Shown in pieces: positions 30,788 through 45,668 of a DNA stretch of 64,000 nt (position 1 is the stretch's first letter; each line of letters opens with the position of its first letter). A model generated the notes under the pieces. That model was not told the DNA's origin and did no database searches. It saw only the letters and a program-made list of their open reading frames with translations. Both the position numbers and the translations under genes were made by a program. Source of the stretch: the human T2T-CHM13v2.0 reference genome, Homo sapiens; assembly GCF_009914755.1 (NCBI RefSeq), contig NC_060925.1; one strand, written 5' to 3'.

Positions 30788-32314
30788 CATGAAGTTCACC
30801 CTGTCCACCTCTCACCACCTGCAGCCCCAGGGGCCAAATCCTTAAAGTCATACATACAGTTGGCAAAATAATTCACCCCAAGCAGGTTGGGCAGGCAGGA
30901 AACAAAATCAGCCTTCACCTTCACCCTTAAATGGTGTTGGAATGTGTAAGCATCTCTACCTCTCTCATATCTGTCTCCCCAGCATTGAGCACTATGCCTG
31001 GAACATGTCTACTCAGCTGAGGGGTGAACTTCCCAGAGTCTCTGCTCTTAATGAGTCACAGTCTTGGGGCCTGGGGAAGGCCAGCCATACACAGATGGTA
31101 TCAGAACACCCAGGCAGAACCACTCCCTACCTCAGCCCTTGATGCTTTCAGAAAAGCATCTCAGTGGAGTGTCTTCAGTGAATAAAAAGACTGCATGGAA
31201 CTGCTTCCAGTGAATCCCTAGTCTCCATGAACAGGAGTCTGTCAGTTGCTTTACTTGTGTTGAACATCCTTCAAATATGTTCGTGAGAATGCCAGCTTGA
31301 ACACCGCACATACACTGATACCATTTTCAAACTTCTTAAACAGAGGGAAACGTGGTATATGGAACAACTTGCCACCCACCTCACTGGCTTCCAAAGCTGA
31401 ACATTCCTGGCTGCTAGAATAAGGCAGGGCACTGGCTGAATGCAGAGAGCACTGAGAAAAGTGGCCTGGATCTCACAGGAGCAGCTGGAAATTGAAACCC
31501 ATTGGAATGTGCTTTGCATTAGCAGAAATGACCTTAAAACCACAGTCTGGCAGCAGAAAACTGCTATCTACAGGGTACTTGCAGCTGTGATAGGGAGACA
31601 GAGGAGCAAACACTAGGCAATTCATGCTGGAGACTGGCCAAGTGTGCTCCTCCCCTCCCACCAGGGGCAGAGAGGATGGAAATTATGTGATTGCCAAGGG
31701 CAGCTGAGAAAACAAGTCATGCCTGGGGTTTTGCTTTGTTAAGTGAGCTGAGTTGGGGGAATAAAGATCTGAGAGAAGCAGAAGAAGGCTGACTGTGAGT
31801 GGTGAAGACAGTGAAGGCCAGCAGCAGCCTTCCACACCTATTCCATTGTCATCTGATGGACAGCCAAGACAGGCACTTTTCCTGGCTCTTACTTATGATA
31901 TTGTCTTCCCTATTTGGAGTAGTTGTGTGAAAGGTGGCCTGCCAGGAGCAGACAAAGCCTGATGCACCTTGCACTGCCCTTTGCCTCCATAATTCTGGGG
32001 GAGGAGAGGATTTGAGCCTTATGTATTATACTTACTGTAATCCCCAAGAAAGAAAGGGGGTCCCTAATTGGTCCTAAAGAGTTCTCACCCTCTTTGCCCA
32101 TTAAAATCACCCAGGGAGTTTCTACAAAATTACAGGTACTTAGGCTTCACTTCAACTAATTGCTCTCCACATTTAAAAGACAAACAGAAAAGTTCTCCAA
32201 GGTTAAGAAAATCTGTCGCTTAAACTAATCAAACCTCAAGAATTCCACGGTGACCAGGTATAGTTTCTTTAATTGGAATCTGGGCAGAGGCTCACACACA
32301 TCAAAGTTAGAGAT

Positions 32315-32612
32315 AGCTGGGCACAAAATCTCATGTCTATAATCCCAGCACTCTGGGAGGCCAAGGCAGGAGGATCACTTGAGTCTAAGATTTCAAGACC
32401 ACCCTGGGCAACATAGGGAGACCCCATCTCTACAGAATTAAAAATTAATTAAAAGCCTAGCCAGCCATGGTGGTGCATACCTGTTGTCCTAGACACTCCT
32501 GAGACTGGGGTAGGAGAATCTCTTGGTCTGGGAAGTTGAGGATCGCGCCACTGCACACCAGTGCTCTGGGTGACAGAGCAAGACCCTGTCACTAAAAAAC
32601 AAAAAACGAAAG
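32315..32612 (+). mobile_element. AluJ-like
   Basis: 'ggaggatcacttgag...ccctgggcaacatagggagaccc...gagcaagaccctgtc', flanked by A(A/G)GTTAGAGA. Confidence 0.88.
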
Positions 32613-32649
32613 AAGGTTAGAGAAAAAAAATCTCTCTCTAAATGAACAC

Positions 32650-33132
32650 CCTCAGCACTGGCTTTTCCCATAATCTCTCTTGCTGCTTGCCACATTCTGT
32701 TCTCCATACAACAGCCTGAGAGATGTTTTAAGTAAACTCAAATCCTATGTCTCACCTATATAAAACCTTTCTGGGGCTTCCCATTCCATTTACTATAGAC
32801 TCTAAACTGATCTCCAGCTCTCCTGGGCACCGCATGATCTCATCCTTCCAACTTCTGTCTTCATCACTCTCTCTTTTACTCATGGTGTCCCAGCCAGATT
32901 GGCCTTCCTTCAATTCTGTAAACACGCAATACTTTCTTGCCTCTGGATCTTCACATTTATCATTCCCTTTACATAAAATGATGTTCCCCATGTTCTCATG
33001 GTTGGCTTTCTGTTGACATGTAGATCTCAGCTGAACTGTCACCGCCCCAGTGAGGTGAGACGTCCCTGACCATCCTCTGCCGAATAGGCTCTGCTTCACT
33101 CATCACATCACACTGTTTCTCTCCTCCTAGCT
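32650..33132 (+). mobile_element. L2 fragment truncated at the unit junction
   Basis: 'aaaaccttt...cttcccatt...tctcagctgaactgtcacc' L2 3'-region-like sequence ending abruptly at 33132. Confidence 0.65.
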
Positions 33133-33639
33133 GTTAAAACTATCATAGAAAATAAAGTCCGTTTTAAAAACTAAATGAGATAATATATGTAAGGCACCTG
33201 ATACATAGTAAAGGGCTCGATTAATATGTTAGAGCTCATATGTAGAGCTTTCTATGTGCAAGGAGATGTCCCATATGACCTCTTGGTCTAATCTCAACTG
33301 ATTATTCCTTAAAATAAATATCTGGCTGAACTTGCTGGGTCAAGGGTGTGAAAGTTTAAAATATCTTGTCACGTACTCACCAGATGTTTGTGTTAACTTA
33401 CACTTCCACGAATAACATGCCTGTCTCTCCACATCTTCACCAACACTTAGTAACTTCAGTGAATCTAATATTTGCTAAACCACTCGTAGTTTTCAAACTG
33501 AGTTTAATGAAGGGATAATGTTCTTTGTAATGCAAGAGAAATTCCCAAGAAAAGAAAGCAGCTTGTTAAAAGTATGTCAGTTTACCTTTTTCTTCTTAAA
33601 CGTTGGAGTACGAAGAGTTCTTGATTGGCACAAAATTCC

Positions 33640-34012
33640 AATTTCATCAGAAAACTCAACTGGGGAAATATCTACTTTCAAGCTCACTTACATAAGTGTT
33701 GGAAAACTTACTTCCTCGAAGATTATTGGACTGAGAGCCTCAGTTCCCATTTGACTGTTGGCTGACCTCAGTTCATTACTATATTGTCCTCTTCAGCATG
33801 GCAGCTTGCTTCATCCAGCCCAATGAGAAAGAGGAAGTGTAAAAGAAGATGGAAGTCATGATCTTTTCTAACCTAATCATGGAAGCAACATTCCATCATT
33901 TTTGTCCGATTATACTGATTAAAAGCAAGTTACTAGGTTCAGCCCACACACAAGGGAATGAATACCAGGAAGCAGAGATCACTGGACTCAACTTAGAGGC
34001 TGGCTACCATAC
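33640..34012 (-). mobile_element. MLT1-family LTR remnant (unit 2)
   Basis: Paralogue of 8625-9002. Confidence 0.6.
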
Positions 34013-35722
34013 CATCATTGTCAGACTCCGGAGGAAATGGTTGAGTGACATCTATCTGACCCCCCTCAAAAAATAATTGACAAACAGAGGATTCAGTAAG
34101 AAATTAAAAAGAGATTTTGCTAAAGCCTTCTCCTTTCTCACTTTGAAGGTCTTGCTTGGAAATACAGCCAAGCTGAGCTCATATAACCCAAAAGCTCTGG
34201 CCCTAGTTCTCCCTACATGGTGGAGGGGATGGCCCACTGTTCCTTACTTCTGAAAACTGGCTCTTCAAGTACACTTCAAACACCTGGGATCCTACTCATA
34301 TCCGTGCTATAGATGAGAAGAAATTTGCTTCTCCTTGGCAAACAGCTTTGGCCTGAGCAATGATTCCAGCCTCTCATTAGTATGGGAAACGTTCTAGTAT
34401 TTTCATTTTTGTGGTCACTGTTCTCTTCTATCTCCTTCTTTGTATTAGTCCACAAGCACTAACTTTCAAAAGCACTAAGACATTCTAGAGTCCTTGATTG
34501 TTCACTCATCCTTCCATTCCTTTATTCAATAAACATGTGTTAAGTTCCTATTATGTCATATGTGCAAATTCTTACGGTAATAAAAAGACGTATGAGACAT
34601 AAACACTTTATTTAGTCAAACACTCAACAATGTTTGAACATTTGCTCTGTACAAGGTGCTAAGGATCAATAAAGGAGTAGTCCAGTTTAAGACAACACAA
34701 CAAAAACAAACTCTTCACTCCATTGGCTGTAACACCTTTTTACTGAGATCTTCATGGTTCAACTTCTTGAACAGGTGTTGTTTTTAATAGTCACTCTCTT
34801 CACATTTTTCTTCTGTTCCTCAACACGCAGATGAATTGTGTGTTGGACTTTCCAGTTGAACTTTCAACCCAACTATTTGTGGAAATTGCTCTTACAAATT
34901 ACTTACAATTTTGCCAAAACCAGTAATCAATTATTTTACTATTGCATTTGATGTGTCAGCAGCATCCGACATAGTGGACCAAACTCTTCTTAAAACACTT
35001 TCTTCACTTGACTTTTACAAGGCCATCTCCTTGTAATTTTTCTCCTTCCTGCCACCAACTCCTACTCAGCATATTTAGCTGGCCCCTCCTTCTCTGTTCA
35101 ACTTCCAAATGTTGATATGTGTATTCCAGGGTTCAGTCCAGAAACTTTCCCTATTATCCATGAATATTCTTACCCTAGCTTATTTAAACTACTCCTGTGC
35201 CTTTAAAACTTATTCTATGCTACTCATGTCCAAATTGACCTCTCTAGGACTCAAGCACAAGGGATGTAAGTATCCTAAAGTAACCCAGGAGTTTAATAAG
35301 CTGGCCAAGGAGAGGAATTTTCCTTTTCCCAGCATGGGGGGCTGTGCCTAGTACAGCTCCTTGTAGAATGGGTGGCTTTCTCCTCTAAGAAAAATGAAGC
35401 CCTTTGCCTGAGCCCCAAGGACTTCAGGTGCTGGGTAGTTGATTTTTCCAGATGATCTTGTGAACAGCTGGCACCTAAATCTAGACTGTTTCACACCAAA
35501 AGACTGTGTGCTCCTCCACTGATAAAGCTGTGTCCTTGTGCTTAAAATAATAAAAAATTATAACAAGGGAGACTAATGCTCCCACACTGGAATGCAGACT
35601 CCCATTGTGAGCCCAGCATTTCCTGACCATTTATGCATCAGTATTAAATAGGAGGATGGAGAAATCATGCTGTCTATTCTTTTTCTGATCAGTAATCTTT
35701 GTGAGCTTTCCTAATACAGCAT

Positions 35723-37026
<1,304 letters not shown>

Positions 37027-39949
37027 TACAGCATATTATTTAACCCATAGTTATCATATTGAGAAATTCTTCACACACTCTGATGTCAATAGGTGGTGAC
37101 TCGGGTGAGCATCACTTGACATAGCAGGCTGACATTCCCTGAGCATGTGGACAATTCAGTTGTCTCAGTGTCACCTGTTTAAAAGACAATCTTTTTCCCT
37201 ATTGAATTTGCTATTGTCAAAATCAATTGGCCATATGAATTTAGGCCATTAACCCACACATAGGCAAAACTTCCCTCAAAATAAAATAAAGGCCTAAATT
37301 TAAGGGCTAAACTATACACCTCTTAGAAGAAAACATAGATTATTATATTCATGATCTTGAATTAGGCAAAAACCCAACTTTTCCTGGTTAAAAAATAGTT
37401 GAAAAATGAAACAGGATCAAAACTAAAAATGTTGGCGTTTAAAAGCCACCAATAAGAAAATGAAGAGATAAACCAGAGACTGAGAAAAAAAATTCAAATC
37501 ATATATTTAATACAGGACTCATATCCAGAATATGAAATACACTTACAACTACGCAACAAAAAGATAAATAACCCAATTTTAAAATAGGCAAAATATTTGA
37601 ATAACCATTTCATCAAAAAGGTGTAGGAATAGACAATAAAATACATGAAAAGATGGTCAGCATCATCAGTCAGCAGGGACATGCAAATCAAAACTACAGT
37701 GAGACACCACTTCTTACCCACTAGAATGCTATAATAAAAAAGGACAGCAACACCTGGGGGAAGTGAAATAATGACGTGGAAAAACTAAAATACTCACGCA
37801 TTGTTGATGGGACATGTAGTCACGTTGGAAACCAGTTTGGCAGTATCTTAAAATGTTGAGATATATTTACCATATGACCTAGCACTATCACTTCTAGCTG
37901 TCTACCCAGAAGAAAAAAACCTATGTCCACACAACACATGAATGTGAATATTCATAGCAACTTTATCCATAATTGTCCATAAAGTGGAAACACTCAAATA
38001 TGTATCAACTGATAAATGAATAAACTAATGGGAGCTATCCATACAATTTAATAGGATTTGTCACCTAACAGGATTAAAATATTGATATGTGCTGCCACAT
38101 ACATGAACCATAAAAGTATATTAAAGTAAATGAAAGAAGACAGATACAAAAGACCACATATTGCATGATTTCATTTATATGGTCTCCAGAAAAGGCAAAT
38201 CTGTAGAGTCAGAAAGTCAATTAGAGGTTGCCTGGAGCTGGGGACTGGGAAAAAGTGGTGGTGACTGATGAACATGGGGGATTTCTTAGGAATGATAGAA
38301 ATGTTGCAAAACAGGATCATGGTGACGGTCACACAAGTCTAAAATTTTACTGAAAATAATTTAACTGCACACCTAAAACAAGCGAATGTTATGTCAATTA
38401 TACCTCAGTAAAGCTGTTTAAAAACAAAAGAAATTTAGTAGTGTGGCCCCCATCAGTCTTGCCCTTTGTTTAATTTCTCACTTTCTTTAGGGCTTTTATT
38501 TATCGGTTCCACTCAGAGACTCCAAGAGACACTGGCTGAAATCTATCAGCCTCCAGAACTCTCAACAGCATAGGGAATGTCTGGCCCCATCTGAAAGGTG
38601 ATGGGATCTGTAAGGTGCACTCTAGCATGTGCTATAGCAGGCAAAGGTGTGTGATGCACCTGGGTGGTTCAGATAGTGCTCCACATGTCTCAGCAAGACC
38701 CAGGGCCTGTAGCTATCAGAGAACAAGCTGCTACATCTTGCAGCACAGGGCCAACCTTTTCTAGGCAAGTGGGTTTGAAGCATTGGTAGTCAGGTCCCAA
38801 GTAGCAGTTGAATGTTTTCAACATGGGAGGAGGGCAAGACCTAGAGTGGGGTTTCAAAGCAAATCATTTGTAGAATATTACTTCCAACAACTGCAGAAAG
38901 CATTCGTTTCAAGTGTTTATGGGATGTTCACCAACACAGACCATATGCTGCACCATAAAACAAGTCTCAATATATACACAAGGATCACAATCATACAGAG
39001 TATATGCTATGGCCACAGTAGTATTTAATTAGAAATTCAAAACAATAAGATATCTAGAAGATTCCCAATTTCAGAAAACAAGCTACATACTCTGTTGGTA
39101 TCGGTCACTTGGGTCAAAGACGAACTCACAAGAAAAAATTCAAAACATCATTAACTGAGTGATGATAACCCGATGCATCAAAATGTTGGCTGCAGCTGAC
39201 ACAGTGCTTAGAGAGAAACTTACAACTTTAAATGCCTGTAGTGGAAATGAGCAAAGGACTAAAGTCAATTATATATGCTTTTATAATAAGAACCCTGAAA
39301 AAAAGGAGTAAAACAACCCCCAAGTTAATAAACATAAGCTGATAATAAAAACAAAGAAAATCATGAAATAGAAAAATGAACAAACAATAGAGACAATCAA
39401 TGGTCAATCCTTCTGTACTCCATGCACAAAAATTCATTTCAGAATGATTTTATATTTAAATATATATCCAGAACCACAGAGATCTTAGAAGAATAAATAA
39501 GAAAATATAGGGATAAAATAAGAATTCTGTGGGAATAAAAATCAGAAAGTAGTTGCCTACCAGGTAGATTGGGAGTAGGGCAGGGAATTAGCCAATAACA
39601 GGCAGAAAAGAACTGTCTGCAGTGACGAAAATGACCTATACATTTTTGGGTTGCTACTTACATGGACATATATAACTGTCAATGTTCATTGAACTGAACA
39701 CTTGAGATCTGGGCATGTTAATGAATATAAATTACACCTCTTTTTTTAGATAGAGGAAAGTGTCTTGGAGAGCTTATGGTGGTGAAATTTGGGCAGTTCT
39801 CTGGCATAGGCTCAAGGAGCATTCACAACATCTTCAGTTCAGAAATTTGCTGAGAATGGTTTTGTACCCAAAAATATGGGAAAAGTTCAAACATCTATGA
39901 TAAGAGTCATTGGGGCATACAACCACAAATCCCCACTCTTGTGGTACAG

Positions 39950-40388
39950 TGTTACAGGCCAAAAAGAATGAGGGTCGTGACCAACTCAGTATACCACTGG
40001 AGGCTATTTGAGCAAACAGAAAACTGTTCTCATGAAAGCAGGACGTTTTAAAACTGACAAACTATGTCTGCTGCCAGAAGGGGTGCTGAAGGCCGTCACA
40101 CCCCCAGTGCAGTGTTCCTTGTGATTATCTATAGGAACCTCTGAAGCTGTTGTATAAAGAAAGCAATTATGTGTACCTGTGATAAATCAAGCAGCTGACC
40201 AACCATTATCTCTCCCTACCTGCTCTTTCTACCTCATAAATACAAAGGGCTTTAGAAGCTCAGAGCTGCCTTTGCTCACTAGAAGCAAGGAGCCCCCTGA
40301 CCTCTTGTTTTAAAACATATCCTTTTGTCTTTGTCTTCCTTTCTACATTTGACCCCCTTCGTTCATGCCGTAGTAACTGACAGCAACA
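39950..40388 (+). mobile_element. Solo LTR, ERVK class (LTR3/HML-6-like), unit 2 only
   Basis: TG...CA termini, 439 bp, 6-bp TSD GTACAG (39944-39949 and 40389-40394). Single GTACAG empty site at 14829-14834. Start 'tgttacaggccaaaaagaatgagggtcgtgaccaactcagtataccactggagg' matches LTR3 as I recall it. Confidence 0.88.
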
Positions 40389-40820
40389 GTACAGGCCATA
40401 TAATTAAGTGGCTATCACTAGACAGCCTTCCTTCAATGATGTTCTTCATCTAGGAACCCAGAGCTCTCCAGGGTAAAATGGCAACTGAGGTTTTGGATAT
40501 ATTGAGTGGGAAAGAAAGTCAACTCCATAAAACAGTAATTGGAGCTGTCACCATTACAAATTTCTAAACTTTGCAAGACTGCAGCAGCATTTCAAATGAC
40601 ACTCTGAGAGAGGAGAGAATGGGCTCATGTGGATTTCCCTCCAAACATATTTACTGCACAAAGGCAAAGTTCACATTACACTTGGAGATTTCTCTCAGTC
40701 TAGTTTAAGATCACAGATTGCAGATCCCAGACAACTGGAATCAACCAACTAGTGTCCTGTTAAGGCTAAACCTAAGACCCTTTACCACACTACAGCCTTA
40801 CAATTGGACTTCTCTTCCTG

Positions 40821-40977
40821 TTCCTGGGAAGAATTAGAGATATACATTAAAGGTCACTTTTCTTCTGAGAAAAGGCATACTGGAAGAGACAGGAGCAATG
40901 AGTATGTGGCAGGAGTTCAAAGTGATAAGGGGAAAGCCAGGAGCCACAGAACATAGAACTCCAGGGCTACCTTAGGG
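40821..40977 (+). promoter_or_regulatory. HSD3B-type proximal promoter remnant, copy 2
   Basis: TTCCTGGGAA 40821-40830, NBRE AAAGGTCA 40849-40856, STAT5-type TTCTGAGAA 40863-40871. The SF-1 position reads TCAAAGTGA; ATAAA is changed to ATAGA (40953-40957). Confidence 0.75.
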
Positions 40978-41246
40978 GATGAAGTGACCAGCACTCTGAC
41001 TCTTCTATCCAGCTTTTTAATAATCTAACAGTTGGAGTTTCTTTATTTTCTTTTAGCTACTTCTGGCAATGGTGAAGACATGGAATTTTTGCCAAAAAAA
41101 ATGGGGTGGAGGAAAATAAAGCATTTGTGTGAGTATATAACCATTTGATCTCGTTTTCAGCCCTCTCCAGGGTCAATCTAGAATCAGATCTGCTCCCCAG
41201 CATCTTCTGTTTCCTGGCGAGTGTTTCCTGCAATATTGGATTGGCA

Positions 41247-41396
<150 letters not shown>

Positions 41397-44314
41397 TAAA
41401 CTTGATTCATGGATGTGTGGCTCCATTTTAAACCCTGCATGGGTGCAGGAAGGTGAACCTTTTCTAGCAAGTTACAGAAAGTTGTAGTCAAATCTAAGCC
41501 AATCCCACATTCACAATCATCATAAAAAGAATATTAAATAGTATAAATGGCATCATGTGAAAGACACTGGACGGGGTGTCCAGAGACTGGATTCTGGCCC
41601 TGACCCAGAACTTGAGAGGCAGCCACTTTGGACACCAGACCCCTTTACTTCTCATCTAGAAAATCCCACATCAGTTATTTTTCTTGTCTACAACGTTTTT
41701 ATGTTCTGAAGCTTTTTGTCTTGGCAATTGCTTTGCAACATTTATAAAGGACACCATTTACCTGGAGACCTCACCAGTGGGTCCCTGCCTTTCTAGACTG
41801 CCCTGAGCTTTTTGTTTTGTAGCAACCTTGGCATCTTTAGTGAAGGCAAAATAAAAGGAAGTGAATGTATAGGAGAGTGTGTAAGTGTGTGTGTGTGCCA
41901 GAAAGCGAAACAGAGAGAGAAAATGAGGGGGGAGAGAAAATCAGAGAGAATGAGAAAGACAGAGAATGCATGAGAAAGAGTGAGAGAGAAAGAGAGCATC
42001 AGTGATAGAGAGAGCCCGTGCACAGGCACACAGCACAGAACAGAGATGGCAAGAGGCAGTATGAGGCCAGATATGCCTCATTTCGATTTTTCATATATGG
42101 CTTTATTTTTTAACCATTTGTCTCTGTTGCTCAATAGCCAAGAAATTGCAGAATTCGGTGTAGCAGATCCTTGTGCAAATAACCCCATGAGGAAGGTAGA
42201 AAAGGGGTTGCATCCAACTGAACAATGAACCATCAAAGTCCAGAAACATAAAGCAACTTGCCGAGACCATCTAATTAATGTGTAGCACAGCTCAGACCAG
42301 AGCTTCCTCCAGAGGCTTCCTCACTTGACTCTGGAGCTGATGCTTGGCAAAGTGGGTCTTCAGTCTCTCCCTTTGCCTCCCTGGGTGCCCAATTCCCTGT
42401 CCTCCTCCCCAACCCAGGGTACTGTGTGTCTACATGTGGGCTCTGGCTGTGTAGAGAGTCATGACCTGCCCTCAGAGAAGCCTCTACTTGATAGCACTCA
42501 GGGACCACACCCAACACACTGTTCCTCTTTTGCTCTTCTCTGACCTCTTCCGATTTCCTCCACCCTCTGTTTTAATGGTGTCTTTCATAAACAAATATTA
42601 ACACAAAACAAGATTAAATGTTTGTAATCCTTATGTGTCACCAGTATTTACAATCTAACACGTAATACCAGAAAAAAGCAATTCTCAGCCTAGAGGAATT
42701 GTTCCTTATGGTGAAAAGGCAGGGAATATAATGGATAGGCAGTGGCCTGTATGAAGATAAAAACAAAGAATCCTTTCAGTGTTCTTTCTGTGCCAGGCAC
42801 TGTGCTACATGTTTTGCATGTGCTGACTCATTTGTTACTCATAGCAACCCTATGAGATTGTTAATATTATTATCCTCCTTTCTTACAGATCAGGAGACAG
42901 ACACAGAGAGGTTAATTAACTCACCGAAGGTCCCAGAGTTAGAATATTGCAAAGCTGGATTTGAACCCAGACAGTCTAGTGCAGCATCTGTGCTCTTAAG
43001 CAGTAGTTAGTCTAGCAGCTTGAGGAAGGAGGGAACTATGGCTCCACCACAAAGTCCCTTTTCCTGGTCTCTCTAGATCCCTGTGAACTCATTGAGGAAA
43101 AGCCTTTTCTCTTGGCTTTAGACTTCTTCTGCTTTGAAATGGCAATTCCTTTCTGCCAGCCTGTCTGAAGTTGGCAGCAAAGGGGAAGCAGAGGAAGGGA
43201 GCAGGAAGTGCAGAGGTGGAAATACAACCAGAGAAAATTCCACTCTCAGGCTGTTACCCGCATCCTCCCCAGCAGCCTCTTCCCTGCCTCCCCAAACTGC
43301 AGGGCCTCCTTGGAGGTGCCTGGCAATAGGAAGGGGCTGGGAGTAGACAAAACATGGCAAAGGCATTAGGAGAGTAAATGGTCCTGTCTGAACCCCTGGA
43401 AGGAATTGCTCCGGTCTTGAATTTTTCGCTCTGAATTTTACTCTCACTGTTCTTTGGCCTTTGTTGCCAATTTCAGTTGACCTGGTTTATTCTTACTCTT
43501 TCTCAGAAAAGTTTATTCTAAACAGCTAGGCCTGTACCCGGTGTACAGAGTACAACACTTAGAGGTGGGGTGGGCAAGTTTGAGTCTCCACTAGAAACGT
43601 GACCTTAGATCTGTCCCTTAACCTCTCTGATCCTCAGTTTCCTCACAATAAAGTGGGACTCAGAAAACCTATCTCATGAGATTGTTGTAAAATGAAATAA
43701 GCAAGCTGTGAGTCATATGCAGATTATAAAGCACAAACAAGTGTAGAGTATTTATCCAAGCTCCAGGTACCACGGTTTTCATTGCGTGGGCTAATTCCAG
43801 GTGACAACTTTACTGTCCGCGTAATGTCTTGTGGATTTCAGAGGAGCGTGAAGACATTAAAGTTGTAACCACTGCCCTTGGCTAGACAGCTGGAATATCA
43901 GTTCATTGGTCACTAACTTTCAGCATTGCTATCTGCTTTTGATATCTGATAAGAGTTTTTCATGGACATTCCTCATTTATGCCCATCCACAGTTCCCTAG
44001 TAATGGCTCCACTCTCCTCCCAATTTCCCAAGCAGGAAACCATAGGGGTGATTTTGTCTTCTTTTTCTCTCAGCCCAGATCCAATAGGTACCAGGACCTT
44101 CAAGGTAAGGTCTGAAATTCAAACCTGTTTTATCTCTCCCCTGCTCTGCTTCCACTGCTGGACCCTGCTTCCAGTCCTCATCGAAACTTTGGCACAGATA
44201 CTCTGATTAATATCTTAATTACCTTACTTTCTCATATCCCCTATACCAGTCCATTTTATATCCTCAAGCCAATGTTGACTTCCTACTTCACAATTCTGCT
44301 TCTGTTTCTCTCTC

Positions 44315-44618
44315 TCTTTTTTTTTTTTTTTTTTTGAAACAGGGTTTGGCTATGCCACCAAGGCTGGCATGCAAAGGCATGATCTCTGCTCACTGCCACC
44401 TTCACCTCCTGGGCCCCATTCATCCTCCTGCTTCAGCCTTCCAAGCAGCCAGGACTATGGGCATGCACCAATACGCCTGGCTAATTTTTGTATTTTTAGT
44501 AGAGATGGGGTTTCATGAGGTTGTCCAGGCTGATCTTGACCTCCTGGGTGCAAGCAATCTGCCCACCTCAGCCTCCCAAAATGATGGAATTACAGGTGTG
44601 AGCCACCATGCTCTGCCT
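44315..44618 (-). mobile_element. AluJ-like, shared by both units
   Basis: Paralogue of 19208-19518. Confidence 0.85.
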
Positions 44619-45070
44619 GTTTCTCTACTTGTTCCAAATATAAATAAGGGGTTTCTCTGACATGGTGCTGGAGACCCAAAATCATGATCCCGCATCACCA
44701 GCAGAATTAAATTCAAATTTTCCCTCTTATAACCAACTCTCCACAATCACTCTACTCCTTTTAAAAATTTTGATGGGCTTTCCATGACCCTAGCAGTGCT
44801 TATATTCCAAGCAAACCTGACAGCTCATTGCTCAGATTACATTTCTGAAATGAGATGGGGTAGAAACAGATGTTTGCTCTTTCCCAATAAATTGCTACAC
44901 ATTCTGACTTCTGTGTCTCTGTTTATTTGTTCCTTCCATGGAATGTACACCCTCCACTCCAACACCCTGACTCTAGCCATCCTCAAACACCTATGCAACA
45001 ACATCTTTATCAGGAAACTTCCAAGCCAGTTTCAGAAACCATTCCGATAACCTGTCCCGTGTTCACACAG

Positions 45071-45233
45071 AGCTCCAGAACAAGACCAAGCTGACAGTGC
45101 TGGAAGGAGACATTCTGGATGAGCCATTCCTGAAGAGAGCCTGCCAGGACATGTCGGTCATCATCCACACTGCCTCTATCATATATGTCATCGGTGTCAC
45201 TCACAGAGTCCATCATGAATGTCAATGTGAAAG
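45071..45233 (+). pseudogene. Copy 2 exon 3 with a 2-bp frameshift
   Basis: 'cac aga gtc c' versus copy 1 'cac aga cag tct'; 163 versus 165 nt. Confidence 0.93.
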
Positions 45234-45668
45234 GTACAGTAACCTGGGGAGGAGATGAAGCAAGTTGGGGAATTAAGGATCGGAAAGACAAACAACAAAG
45301 GAAGAGAAGTCCCTCCACTGAACATCTGCTGTGCTTTTGGCCAAGTGTCTTTGCTGATCACTACCAACTGGGGGAGTTCAAAGCTGCTATCTTCAGTTTT
45401 TTACATGAGGAAACCAGTGCTACAGATGGCAAGTAACTTGTCCAAGGCCCCCCAGGTAAGTAAGTAAGTAGGAGAATTAGACTTTAAACTCACCCCTGTG
45501 TGACTCCAAAGGCTGTGGACACTCTATTGTGGCTCCAGTCAAAAGTCAACTAAACTCCGACTTCAGACTCTTGATATTCAGCCACTCTTTGCCTCTATGG
45601 GACAGAATCAAACCTTCCAGGTGCCACCATAGTCATCATTTTAAACCTTGTGTGTAGGCTTATAATAA

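Noticed and set aside
31150-31580. Protein-looking stretch (MQRALRKVAWISQEQLEIETHWNVL...)
   Set aside because: At least two frames look equally plausible, both contain stops, and there is no paralogue in the window to compare. Worth revisiting only if the spacer exon chain is confirmed.
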